This document shows positions 48,960 to 61,981 of a DNA stretch of 64,000 nucleotides, piece after piece. The DNA is from Chiloscyllium plagiosum (Eukaryota). Position 1 is the first letter of the stretch. Every line of letters starts with the position of its first letter. The translations under genes and the position numbers were made by a program. Below the pieces are notes generated by a model. The model was given only the letters and a program-made list of their open reading frames with translations, made no database searches and was not told the DNA's origin. The stretch covers positions 2,060,324 through 2,124,323 of the forward strand of contig NC_057746.1 of NCBI RefSeq assembly GCF_004010195.1. Direction: 5' to 3'.

Positions 48960-49440
48960 AGAACAAAGAACAATAGAGCACAGGAACAGGTCCTTCGGTT
49001 CTCCAAGCCTGCAACACCACATTTTGCCCTTCCATACTTAAATTGTCTTCACTTACAGGATCTGAATCCATCTTTCCCCTTCCTATTCATGCATTCATCC
49101 AGGTGCTTCTTGAATGCTGTACTTTGTCTGGTTCCACCACCTCCTCTGGCACTCGCATCCTTTGCATGAAAAACCTCCCTCGCACATCTCTTTTAAACTT
49201 CTCCCCCTCGCATCTTAAACCTGTATCTCTTTGTAAGTGGCTGCTCCATCCTAGGAAAAAGCCACATACTTTCCGCTCTATCCATGACATTCACAATCTT
49301 ACAAACTTCTATTAGGTCGCCCCTCAACCTCCTGCATTCCAGTGAAGACAAACCAAGTTTAGCCAACCTTTCGTCATCGCTAAAATCCCCCATCCTGGAA
49401 AACCTTTCTGTACCCTGTCCAAAGCATCCGCGTCCTTTTG
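48960..49440 (-). mobile_element. CR1 3' end
   Basis: ERLAKLGLSSLECRRLRGDLIEVCKI and GEKFKRDVRGRFF. Confidence 0.85.
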
Positions 49441-50626
49441 GATGTGAGCTTTAATAAATGTGCTTGGATCCTACAATACTATGTTATTCACATTTAGTTT
49501 CTTATGCTACAAAGGATAATTGAATCATTGGAGGTAATTACCACATCAGGTGACAGTAGGTATTTGCTCTAAATTAAATGACACAGAATCACGGAAGCTG
49601 CAAATCACTGCTCACACCTTTTTGTCCTAAGAACTGCTTTGCTGTGACGGTTGGACTGGGATGGATTAAGTTAAAAATCACACAACATCCAATTATAGTC
49701 CAATAAGTTTATTTGAAGGTACAAGCTTTCAGAGCGCTGCTCCTTCGTCAAATAAACCTGTTGGACCGTAATTGGTGTTGTGTGATTTTTACCTTCAACA
49801 TGCCTTGATAAACTGATACAGTTTTCAACCAGATTGTACTGGCTGTTTATATTAATATCAATCACTATTTTTTCAACTCAGAGATGTAATTCTTGCAAAT
49901 CCATGCCCATTCAACGCCTGCACGATGAGTTATAAACTGTCCTGAATACAGCTCCTAAGATCATTATAAACAACAGAAATTCCAGCGAGCATTTGTATTG
50001 TTAGTTATAGTATCTGTAAGTAACTACTATACATCATTTATTAAGTGGGAATGAACAGGAAATCCACAAACGTTCAATTGTTAAACTCTGCAAGTTCCAC
50101 ATAATAAAATAATTGCAACTGCGACCACTTTATGAACAGCCATGTAATATATCCAGTTGGGACTGTAGTGATGACTTTACAGTCCATGTATTATTATAGC
50201 CAAATCAGGGTGAAAAACACCTGAACTGCTGGATTCACAGAGGTTCCCAAATGCAACAGGATTTGACTACAAAATAAAACAAAATGCCTTACTGAACAAC
50301 TTTTCGTCATCGTTGTGGTACCCCTCGAGGTCAAGGATCATGGTCTTTACTCCGTTGATCTATTTATGGGCTCTCAGGTGGAAAACTTTTATCTTGTTGA
50401 ATAAAGAAAAGAGGTACATTTGGGAATGAAGTGCTCAAAGATCTGAACAAATTTAACAGCAATTTCTACTTCAGACAAATTAAGATTATATCAAACAAAT
50501 TAATTCACAAGCTGATTTCCAGTTACAAAGCTCCTGTGCAGATTCATATGCAAGAAATCTTTTATACAGTGTCCAATGGGTTTATAATGTCTTCTGAGGG
50601 CTCTTAAAATGAATGCTCTGGATTAT

Positions 50627-51157
50627 AGTTGAGAGTGTGGTGCTGGAAAAGCACAGCACGTCAGGCAGCATCTGAGGAGCAGGAGAAGCAATGTTTCGGG
50701 CATAAGCCCTTCATCAGGAATGAGGCTTGTGAGCTAGGGAGGGCTGGGAGACAAATGGGAAGGGGATGGGGCTTGGGGGAAGGGAGCTGGGAATGTATAG
50801 GTAGATGAAGGTGAGAATTTCCCCTCCCTCCCACCTTATCCCAGCCCCAAGCCTCCAACTCTGCACCTGTCCTTCTTCCTTTCCACCTATCTGCTCCACC
50901 CTCCTCTTTGACCTATCATCCTTCCCCCCCCCACCACCACCTTCATCTACCTATCACATTCCCAACTACCTTCCCCCAAGCCACACCCCCTCCTATTCAT
51001 TTCTCAGCCCCCTGGCCCACAAGCCTCATTCCTGGTGAAGGGCTTATGCCTGAGACATCAATTCTCATGCTCTTCAGATGCTGCCTGGCTTGTTGTGCTT
51101 TTCCAGCACTTCACTCTCAACTCTGATATACAGCATGTGCAGTCCTCACTTTCTCCT
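50627..51157. mobile_element. Penelope-like fold-back element (inverted arms of ~190 bp) with TSD
   Basis: 50627-50810 is inverted relative to ~50940-51125; GCTCTGGA(T/A)TATA on both sides; intact hammerhead core on the minus strand at 50694-50717. Confidence 0.85.
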
Positions 51158-51169
51158 GCTCTGGAATAT

Positions 51170-52230
51170 AAAACCATAAGACACAGGAGCAGAAATCAGG
51201 CCATTCAGGCCATCAAATCTGCTCTACCATTCAATCATGGCTGTTAAGTTTCTCAACCTCATTCTCCCACTTTCTCCCATTAATACTCAAGAACCTAACT
51301 ATCTCAGTCTTAAATATACTCAGTAACCTGGTCTCCACAGCCTTCTCTGGCTATGAATTCCATAGGTTCATCATTCTCTGGTTGAAGACATTTCTCCTTA
51401 TCTCCATTCTAAAAGGTCTTCCCTTTAGTTTAAGGCTTTGCCCTCGGGTCCTAGTCTCTCCTACCAATGTAAACATTTTCTCAACATCTACTCTGGCTAC
51501 TCAGTATTGTGTATGTTTCAATTAGATTCCCCGCTCCCCCCCACCGAGAAGTACATCCCTGCTCTTGCATTCAAGTCCTCTCAAAATCAATGCCACATTG
51601 CATTTGCTTTCCTAACTCATGACGCAACCTACAAGTTCATCTAGAGAGAATCCTGGTCTAGAACTCCCAAGTTACTTTGCACTACAGACTTCTGAAATTT
51701 CTCCCCATTTAGAAAATAGTCCATGCCTCTATTCTTCCTACCAAAGTGCATGACCTCACTTTTCCACATTGTACTCCACCTGCCACTTGTTTGTCCACTC
51801 TCCGAGCTTGACCAAATCCTTCTGCAGCCTCCCTGCTTCCTCAATGCTATCTATCTCTCTACCTATCTTTGTATTGTCTGCAAACTTAGCCAGAATGACC
51901 TCAGTTCCTTCATCTAGATTGTAAATGTATAAAGTGAAAAATTGTGGTCTCAACACTGAACCTTATGGAACACCACTTGTCACAAGCTTGCTATCCTGAG
52001 AAGGACCCTTTATCCCCACTCTCTATTTTCTGCCAGACAGCCAACCTTCTATCTATGCTAACACCTTGCCTCTGAGACAAAGGGCCCTTATCTTACTCTG
52101 TAGCCTCCTGTGCAGTACTTTGTCAAATGCCTTCTTGAAGTCCAGGCAGATAACATCCATTGGCTCTCCTTGGTCTAACCTGCTTATTATTTCCTCAAAG
52201 AATTTTTACAGATTTGTCAGGCATGACCTA
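51170..52230 (-). mobile_element. CR1 RT and 3' end, decayed
   Basis: PQFFTLYIYNLDEGTEVILAKFADNTKIG...LQKDLVKLGEWTNKWQVEYNVEK. Confidence 0.85.
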
Positions 52231-53029
52231 AACTATTCAAACAAAATAAGAAGGATTTGACAGTTTCCTTTCCCCCTCAGTGTTCTCTGAATCAGTGATT
52301 GATTTTGTAATAAATATTGACCACATTTCATTCCCTAAATCAATTTGACATTGGACATCTTTTCACTGCTCTGATTGGTTCACCTTTCAGTGTCCTGATT
52401 GATTACTTGATCACAATGCTCTGCTTGAATAATCAGGGATTCCGGGACATGCTCGTGTGACGAGAGTCAGAACACATTCTCGTGCACGTGGCAGAGGGTG
52501 AAAGAAATTACTGACTTGACCAAAGTGTGTACATTCAGGAAATCAGCTCAGAGTAAATAATCACTCTGAAAGAGAAGGAGAAATGTTTAAGAGAGAGAAT
52601 CAGAGGAAAAGGAAATAGTGGGAATTTGTGATGATCACATGGTTAACCTTTTGAGTGAGAATAGGAGTGGCCAGGATGAGTTCTCAGAGTGGCTTGAGGT
52701 GATCCACAAGAGATGCAGAGGGAATCATTGAGGTGATCTATATAATTGAAAACATCTTTGTGCCAAGGTTTCTGATGGACAATCCCATAAGTTGGGATTT
52801 CAGATCAGTAAAGATCAGCAAATGTTATGTTCATATTTGGAAATATTTAGATTTGGTTAACAATAGACTCACTATCCAATGAACTCCAAATGTGAAAATG
52901 TTTCTTGATTCTGAAAAGTTGACCTAAAAACAAAGGAAAACAAACTAATTACCAATATTGAAAGTACCAGAATCTGAATAATATACAATAGTTCTCCATG
53001 AGCTGTGTAAGAGTTTGTATACCCTCCAC

Positions 53030-53430
53030 AAAGTTGAAGAGTGGTGCTGGAAAAGCACAGCCGGTCAGGCAACATCTGAGGAGCAGGAGAATCAACATTT
53101 CGAGCATAAGCTCTTCATCAGGAATGAGGTTGTGGCCCAAAGGAACTGAGAGGTAAATGGGAGGGGGGTGGGGCTGGGGGCAAGGTAGCTGGGAATGTGA
53201 TAGGATGAAGGTGGGGGTGAAGGTGATAGGTTGGAGAGGTGGGTGGAGCGGGTAGCTGGGAAGGAAGATCGACAGGTCAAGAGGATGGTGCCAAGTTGGA
53301 AGGTTTTGCACCTCTTTGCACCACAGGGGAAAGTGCCTGGAGAAGAGAGTGGTTGGTGGGGGGGCATGGACCCAGCATCTATAGTCCAACTCTGATCTAC
53401 AGCACCTGCAGTTCTCACTTTCTCCTAGTT
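53030..53430 (-). mobile_element. Penelope-like terminal repeat fragment
   Basis: Same family as 50627-51157; hammerhead core CTGATGA-AGAGCTTATGCTC-GAAA on the minus strand at 53098-53121. Confidence 0.8.
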
Positions 53431-54099
53431 GACTATACTCTCCGCAAATCCAAGATGTAAAATCCAGGATTGTGGTGCACTCCTTCCTGCCATGCTCTGT
53501 ATCTGGAGACCAAACCAACCAGGATTCAGCTTCAAACCCCACCTTGCTATGGAAATTACTGAGAAGTCAAAATGACACATTAACCATAAAGCCTCATCAA
53601 CATATTGTTGGTTTCTATTGAGCCACTAACATGGGGATGTAATTTATCTGGTGGGACAACAATAGCCATTGGACACTATGTCTCTATAAAAGCTGTGTCC
53701 ACAACTTCCACATCACAGTGACCACTGGAGTGGGTTTTACACAAAATAATCCAACATTTCAACTCCTTCCTCACAAAAATATTCCTGTAATTAGTGTTAA
53801 AATGGTTTATCTTGAGACGGTTATATCTCCAATAGAAGATCAGATATCAACAGTTATCAGGTCTGACCGAAAATATTGTGAAAACCCAACATCTTCACAA
53901 ATATCTCGGACATTGCAGCAAAAACTCACAATTGCTGAGAAAATGTTGGAGAGATTTTCTCTGGCAGTGCCTTCCTGAGTTTGACGGAGGGAGGGACAGG
54001 CCATCTTCTCAAACATGACTGAATTACAGCCCCAAGTACAGAAAACTCCCCCTTCACTGAGGTTGTTTAAACCCCCCACAGGGACTCAGCTCAATTCAT

Positions 54100-54340
54100 C
54101 CAAACCGCTCACAATCCCGCTCCGAACTACATTACCCATGCTGCATATGGGCTACGCGCCTGCACGGGAAGGGGCGGCAGAATGGAGTCAGTGAGAAGGA
54201 CCCGCGATGCCTGACGGGAATTGTAGTTCTTATCCGCGCGTCGACGGTTGGCGCCCAGCGTTCGGAAATTCAAATCTGAGAGCCCGCGATCCCGAGTGGC
54301 TGTCGCGTGGGCGGTGCTGGAATTGGAGGTACGCCCCTGG
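54100..54340. promoter_or_regulatory. CpG-rich bidirectional promoter with two opposed ZNF143/SBS-type motifs
   Basis: ACTACATTACCCATGCTGC (54126-54144, +) and GGGAATTGTAGT (54216-54227, ACTACAATTCCC on -); GC box GGGGCGG at ~54171; local CpG enrichment; candidate donors GAG|GTACGC (+, ~54329) and GTGAGC (-, ~54111). Confidence 0.75.
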
Positions 54341-55689
54341 TGGCAGTAACCAGGATTTCAGCCTCTCACCACCCCGACCACGCCCCACCCCACCCCAACC
54401 CAATGGCCTCCCTCAGCCATTCCCCACCTTCAGTGTCCAATATTGCTCTACATTCCCTTTCTCCCGCTCCTTCACCTCATCGCCATGGTCAAATAGATAA
54501 TCTCTGAGTACATTCTACATTTATTCACTGTGGCTAGTGTTAGACTGTTTTGTCAAAGCTTTGAAGTAAAAATATAAAAGTTTGAGGTTTCCCAGATTCG
54601 AAAGTATCTTCTTCCCTGATGCTGAAACTCCTCTCCTTCATTCAGTCCCTTGTCCAACTTAAACAAATTGGAGGTCCGCCGCTCCATAGCAATTAATTTC
54701 TCTCCCTCAGTTCAGTTCTGATTGAATAGTGACATTAAGGAATTAGAGAAGATGCAAACATTAATCAGGATGAGATTGAGAACTAATTGTATCTGTCAGA
54801 ATGACTGAATAGTCCAACACTGTTCCCCAGAAAAGAGAAGGCTGAGGGCTGACACAATCAAAGTCTTACCAATGAGGAATGATAACATTAAGAATTTGGG
54901 GGTAAATTCAGAGAAGATGACATCACTTGTGTGGGGAAGAGCCCAAAGGGCCATGATTAAAACAAGTGTGTAATAAATACAAAGAACAATTAAGGAGAAA
55001 CATTTTCACCAAGAGAATGATCAGAAAGTGGAACTTGTCCCACAGGGAATGGTGGAAGAAATAGGCCTTGAATTTTGCAAGTATATAAAGCATCTTTGCC
55101 ATGAAGAAAGTGCCAGAAAAGGTCAAGAATCACAAGTCTCCCTCCGAAACCTGGGATTTTGGTGGGATCGATGTCTGGGTGCGAGATTACTGAAATCCAT
55201 TTAAAGGGAACTTTGGCATCACTAGCATTTGGAACTTGGAGTGGAGATTGGACCAGGTGAGAGCAGTTCTGTCCTGAGAGCATTGTTGTTGAGGGAACCC
55301 ACTTACACTGCTGAGGTTCTTTTGTGGATATGATCCCAGGTCACCTTGGGGGTGAAGGTCAGGGCATACTTTGCAAGGGGGCCACTTTTGAGAAACTTGA
55401 TAATTGAGAAGATTTGCATAAATGGTGCACAGACCTCGTGAAACTGTTCATCTTGTCAAGACCTGTTAACAATTGTCAACAGGTATGCACGTCAACCAGT
55501 GTAGAATTATCTAGAAGTCTCAAAATGTATATTTATAAATGAGAATACATTTGTCTGCTGAGTACTTTTCTCGTATGTGCATGAGTACTTGGATTTTTAA
55601 AATTCATTCATGTGGTTTGGGAGTCCCTGGCTAATATTTGACCACTTTTGAAGAGGTAAAGTGTTTCTTTGGATCTGATCCTCTGACAC

Positions 55690-55860
55690 CTCGATGTGCA
55701 AAGATGTACAGGTTAGGTGAATTGGCCATTGCTAAATTGTCTATAATGTTCAGGAATATGTAGGTTAGGTGCATTAGTCAGGGGTAAATGTAGATTAATA
55801 GGGTACGGGGCAAGATACACTTTGGAGGAGTGTGGATTGTTGGGCTGAAGGGCCAACTTG
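55690..55860 (+). mobile_element. HE1 SINE 3' fragment
   Basis: CAAAGATGTACAGGTTAGGTGAATTGGCCAT...GGTGCATTAGTCAGGGGTAAATG. Confidence 0.7.
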
Positions 55861-56708
55861 ATTCTTGGTGGACATAAGGAATTGTGAAAAGTCATGCTTC
55901 TATGTAAAGTATTGCAATTCAACTCATTGGTATTGTCAAGAAACTGTATAAAATACATGCAGTTAAAGAAAAATACGGCTATCTATTCCAGAGTGCTTGG
56001 TGATATAAAACCATTATAGGATTTCTGCTGCATTACTGATTTAGAAAATGATCATTTTCACAGTGGGCTGCCAATTGATGAATAACTCCAACTTTTTACA
56101 GAGTAAAAATGTTCATTGATGTAAGACGTTTTGTACACGTGAGGTGTTAACATAAGGTGAAAGAATGTAATATTTAATGATATTAAGGATGAGTTGAAGC
56201 AATTTCAATGCATTGCGTTGTTTGTATCAACTAGAGTGTGTTTTTATTTTCAGTAGTAACATGGTCAGAAGACAAATTTAATTTCTTTCAAGATGCACTT
56301 GCACAAACTGAAAATTGCTGTATAGGTGGGCATTTTTTACAAGAGGGTTCATACAGTGGGCATGTCCCCAGACTCTGCACACCAGACCTCATAATGAAAA
56401 GCCCTGTCAATTTGGGTCTGACAATTTTAATCCATATTTATGGAATAATCCATCCCTGAAATTGGACTCAAAGCCACAACCTTGTTCTCTGAGTCAGAAT
56501 GTTGTGGGTTCAAGTCCCACTCCAAAATTTGAGCACAGACAATCAGGCTGACATTCCCGAGCAATACTGAGGGGTAGGAGAGATTACATTGATGGGGAGA
56601 AGTGACATCATGAAGGAATTTGAAAACAAGCTCAAAATCCTGATTAAAACCAACATAACTTTCCTGGGAAGAGTGGGTTGTTCCTCAGGTTTTAGTCCTG
56701 ATACACCG

Positions 56709-57350
56709 TGTTATGGACAAGGCCAGACCACTCAAAACATTTTAAGCAGGCAGCCCCAGACCATAACTTTGCAATTTGTTTCGGTCAGTATACAGTGAAA
56801 ATTACCCAGGCAAGATAGCTGGGTTGACTACTAGATTTTAAAAAAGTCAAAAATTTATTCACAAAATTACACAATGAAACACAAAGAACAGAATAGAGAG
56901 CCTCTACAGAACTCAACCTATCCAACTATACTGACTTATGCTGTTCCAAGTATACACAACAGTCCCAATAAGCAAACTCCCTTTAAAAACCAGTATAAAT
57001 GGAACACATGCTTACAGGTTGAAGTTGAACGGCAGAAAAAAGAGAGAATTTCCACACAGTTCCCTGTTGAACTTCCTAGTTCAAGACTGAACTAAAACTG
57101 CTCAGCCCAGCTAAAGAGCTAACCACTCTCCTTTCATTATACAGGTCACTTCTTAAACATGACCATTTTGGCCTGAAGTCTCATCTGTTTACATATAAAC
57201 AAAAGGCTTCTCAAAATCCTTTTCATTTCTGTACCAAACCAGATTGATCGGAGCCCGACCCAGTTTATTGCCCCTCTGAAAAAATCAAGGACAGAGTCTC
57301 CTTGAGCCAAGTAACCACTTTTAGTAAAAAAAGGGACTAGCTTTGTGACA
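56709..57350 (-). repeat. 3' LTR of the Gmr1-like element
   Basis: Direct repeat of 61982-62623; preceded on the minus strand by a polypurine tract (plus-strand CCTTCTCCCCCCCCC, 57351-57365). Confidence 0.95.
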
Positions 57351-60300
57351 CCTTCTCCCCCCCCCACACACATAAACACACACACAACCACTGAAAAAAT
57401 AAACCATCAATACCACAGATGGCTTCATTTTTAACCTTTCAAAATCCAGTTAGTAGTCTAAACACAGATATACACTATACTAAGGATAAACATGCAAACA
57501 TGCACAACCACATGCAAATTCAGGCCGCTGTACACCCGCCACCAAATGCCCCCGTATCTCATTCGAGTCTTGATAACACATTGGCAATCACGATTTTGCG
57601 ACCTGCCACATGCACAATTGTCAAATAGAATGGCTGCAACAACAAGCTTCATCTAAACAGTCTGGCATTTCTGTCCTGAAATTTTTCCACAAATGTCAAT
57701 GGGTTGTGATCAGTGTGAACAATTGTCCCAGATTCATTGCTGATAATATAATCACTGAAATGTTGTAAGGCCAACACCAAGTTTAAAGTCTCTTTCTCCA
57801 CCGTTGAATATTTCCATTGATGAACATTTAACCTCCTGAAAAAATACCTGATGGATCTTTCTATTCCCTCTTCATCCTCCTGCAGGAGCACCACACTGAC
57901 ACCCACATCACTGGCATCAATTACTTTCATTTTTGCAAGTCGTGGGGCCATTTGTCCATGACCAATAGGGACAGGAGGGTGACTTGAGCTTTGGAAAATT
58001 CACTTTTAGCTAGTTTTACCACCGAGCCTGTCTTCTGAAGTCGATTGAACAAGGCTGATAAATGCTGTAAATATTCCTTCCATGAGTGACTAAAAATCAC
58101 CAGGTCATCAATATACACACAGTGACCTGGCAATGACCTTATTAGCCAGTCTCTGAAATGTGGCTGGAGCGTTTTTTATAATAAATGGCATGGCTTTGAA
58201 CTGATATAGTCCATTTGGCATTATGAAAGCCGAAATGGCCTTTGCTCTCTCTGACAGAGGTACTTGCCAGTAACCTCTGAGCAAGTCCAACTTAGAAATG
58301 TAAGTTGCTTATCCCACTTTTTCAACACAGTCCTCCAACTATGGAATTTTATGCATCAGTCTTCGTAACAGCGTTGACTTTGCAATAGTCCACACATAAC
58401 CATTGGGTACCATCTGGCGTTGGCACCAAGACTATGGGTGAACTGCAGTCACTGTAACTCACTTTAATTATGCCATCTTGGGGCATACGCTCTATTGCCT
58501 TCTGAACCTGGGCCAACTTGAGAGGGTTATGCCTGTGAGGATGTTGCTTAATCGGAACGGCATCTCCTATATCTACATCATGCACAATTAAGTTAGTACT
58601 TCCCAGTTTATTTCCGCATATCTCCCCATGTGATAGTAATAACTCTTTCAGGTCATTTTGATTTTCTTGTGGAAGGTGACTTATAATTTATCCCAATTTT
58701 TGACAATTTCCTCATTGTCCAATTTGATTTGAGGAATGTCCAATTCAGAATCCTCTGAACTTGGTTCTTCCTTCTTTACTGTACTCATGAACACCTTCTC
58801 CTCTTGCTTTCCTTCCCTATCAAAACACCTTTTGAGCATATTCACATGACACACTCTGTCTGGAGTCCTTATCAGGCAGTTCACCTCACACAACTTTCTC
58901 TCAATTTGATATGGTCCACTAAACCTTGCTTTTAAAGGCTCACCTGTTACTGTATGTAACACCAATACCTTATCCCCAATTGCAAAATTGTGAATTTGTG
59001 ACTTCTTATCCGCTTCTTGTTTCATTGTATGCTGTGGTACTTTTAATAGCTGTCTAGCCAATTCTCCAGCTTAACTTAATCGTTCTCTAAAATTTGACAC
59101 ATGTCCAAATTGGTGGTCTCTGAATCCTGGCTTGTTAATTTCTCCTTAATCAATTTTAACGGTCCTCTTACTTCATGCCCAAAAGTTAATTTAAATGGAC
59201 TGAATTTGTTTGATTCATTCAGTGCATCTCTGATTGCAAAAAGTACAAACAGAACTCCCTTATCCCAATCATCTGGATAATTTTGAGCGTAAGCCCTTAA
59301 CATGGTCTTTAGTGTTTCATGTCAGCTCTCTAGCGCTCCCTGAGATTCCGGATGTTATAAAGTAGATTTGAATTGCTTTATTCCCAGGTCATCCATGACC
59401 TCCTTGAATAGTTTGGATGTGAAGTTTGATCCTTGATCTGACTAGATCTCTATTAGCAGTCCATATCTAGTAAAGAATTTAAGTAATTCTTCCAAAACCT
59501 TTTAGCTGTGATGTTGCGTAATGGGATTGCCTCTGGGAATCTAGTTGATACATCCATTAATTGTTAAGAAATACTTGTTCACACTTTTTGTTTGAGGTAA
59601 TCAATCAAGACACTTGTGAAAGGTTCCTCAAATGCAGGAATGGGTATTAAAGGTGTAGGTTTTATTACTGTCTGTGGGTTTCCAATTAGCTGACATGTAT
59701 GACACATCTGGCAAAATTCAACTACATCTTTGTGTAGTCCAGGCCAGTAAAAATGTCTTTGTATTTTTGACTGTGTTTTCCTCACCCCGAAATGACCTCA
59801 AAGTAGTTCATGTGCCACTCACAGCATGTCCTTTCTATACCCTACTGGCAAAACAATTTGATTAATTTCTGCCCATTTCTCATCTGCTTGAATGTGTGAT
59901 GATCTCTAATTCCTCATTAAGACATCATTTATTAAGTAATACCATGCAGGAATGCATTCACTTTCTTCCTTTGTAAATGGCTTTTGATATAACTGTTTTA
60001 ACTCCTCACCTTTCTGCTGTAATTCAATCAGCTTAGTAGAGCTAAAGATGCTTGTATATTTAGCTATTTACTCCTTCTCTGCTCCATTATCTGATCAAAT
60101 AAAGTTTTGGATAACGCTACGTCAGCTTCCTTATATGTGTCTTTTGATATCTCCTGCTTCAGCTTGTGCCTCTGTGATCTTATGATCACACAATCAGGGA
60201 AAATTCCTGGATAAAGGTCCTTCATTTCTTCAGTTGCCTGCGTCTCCACTGGCTTTTCAATTAGAGTAGGCAGCACGCCTACTGGTGAATCAGCTATATC

Positions 60301-61959
60301 ATTTGCAAGGACAAATTGTATTCCTGGAGCTCAGAGTCTGTCCAGTATTCCTACCACAAATTCTCCACTCTTCTCTGGACTCTCTAGCCTTACTTTACAT
60401 AACTGAGCACTTGTTATCTCAGCATGAATTCCTGTTACTGGTACCTTCTCTGGCAATAGTCTCTCAGGAGTGCATATCTCCTCATCCTTCAGCATTACAG
60501 ACTGAGAGGATCCTGTGTCCCTTAATACTGTAACTTCCTTACCTATTACTCCTGGTCTATGTGAATAAATCTTACCCTTGCATGTATATTTTTTTCAGCA
60601 GATCTGGCACTTCCTCCTTAACCAACCTCTGATTATCTTGTACACTCTGACGCGGTTGTCTAACTTCCCTTGTGTTTTTTGTTACTAGTCTAACAAAACT
60701 TCCAGGTTTGTCTGGTTTTTCTACAACTGGCTTTCTCCTAGCCTATCAACACTGTGATTTTGTGTGGCCCACTTTATTACAATGAAAACACTGGAACTTT
60801 TTAATTTCTTTGTCCCCCTTTTACCCTATGGTAAGTTATCCTCATGATCTTCACTGAGATCTACCTTTCCCTTTACACATGAGGATTTCTCTTTGCCCCA
60901 GTTTCTATCCCTCATGGACTGAAATTGATTCTGGAAGCCAAACCGTGTTTTATGGACCAGCTCAAAATCATCAGCCAATTCAGTTGTTAACCATGATGTT
61001 TTAACTCTCTGCTCTTCCACATGCACTACTTCAGACAGTGAATTTTTGAATTCCTCTGAAATAGTTACCTTTCTCAGGGCATCATAGGTTTGCTCGATTT
61101 TCAAAGCTCTTATCCATCTATCAAAATTACTTTGTTTGATCCTTTCAAACTCAATGTAGGTTTGACCAGGGTTCCTCCTTAGATCCCTGAAACGTGGTCT
61201 GTTTGCTTCTGGTACAAGCTCATATGCACTTAAAATAGCTTTTTTCACCTCCTCTCTACTCCCCGAATACCTCACTAGCCCTATCTGGAATGTTCATTTG
61301 GATCAACAAAACCCACCATTGCCACTGCATTTGTTTAGTCACCTTTTCAAATGAGATGAAAAAGGCTTCCACATCCTTTTCATCAAATTTAGGCAATGCT
61401 TGAACATACTTCACCAGTTTCTCACGAGACTTCTGACTACCAGGGGCTTGCTCACCCTCACACTCTTCCTCACTAAGTCTACCTTTTTTAAGTGTCAGTT
61501 TTTGAAGTTCAAAAGCTCTCTTTTTCTTCCTTTACTCTCTCTTTTTCCTTCTCTTTTGCTGCTCTCTCTTTTCCCCTCTTTTCTGCTTCTAATGGTAACT
61601 CAAACTGTTTCATTTCTGCTGCCCTTTCCTTACCTCTCACCTCTAAGTCCAGCTGCTTCGTTTGCAATTGCATTCTTGCCATCTGTATGGATGCTGATGG
61701 TTTCTCTAATAAGTTTAAATGCTAAGCTACTGCTGTAATTATCTCTCCTTTCCTCACAGAAGTAGGCCATTCCAATTCCAGTTTCTCTGCTAATTCTTGC
61801 AACTTGGACTTATTCACTTTTTGCAAAACTTCCAGTCATCACATCCACATCCAGAAAACTCTTGGCGACTGATAGAGCCATTCCTATCCCAAGGTTTGTC
61901 TACCTAACTAAACCAACACCCGAAATAAAGACACTAGCACCTACCACTCGCTGTTTAAA

Positions 61960-61978
61960 ATCCCGCACAGAACCCCCA
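61960..61978 (-). promoter_or_regulatory. Primer-binding site, tRNA-Pro-like
   Basis: Minus-strand TGGGGGTTCTGTGCGGGAT compared with the canonical tRNA-Pro PBS TGGGGGCTCGTCCGGGAT; 3 nt from the 5' LTR. Confidence 0.8.
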
Positions 61979-61981
61979 GAC

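Noticed and set aside
53718-54079. Short ORFs beside the CpG promoter
   Set aside because: Non-ATG starts and no domain similarity that I can recognise.
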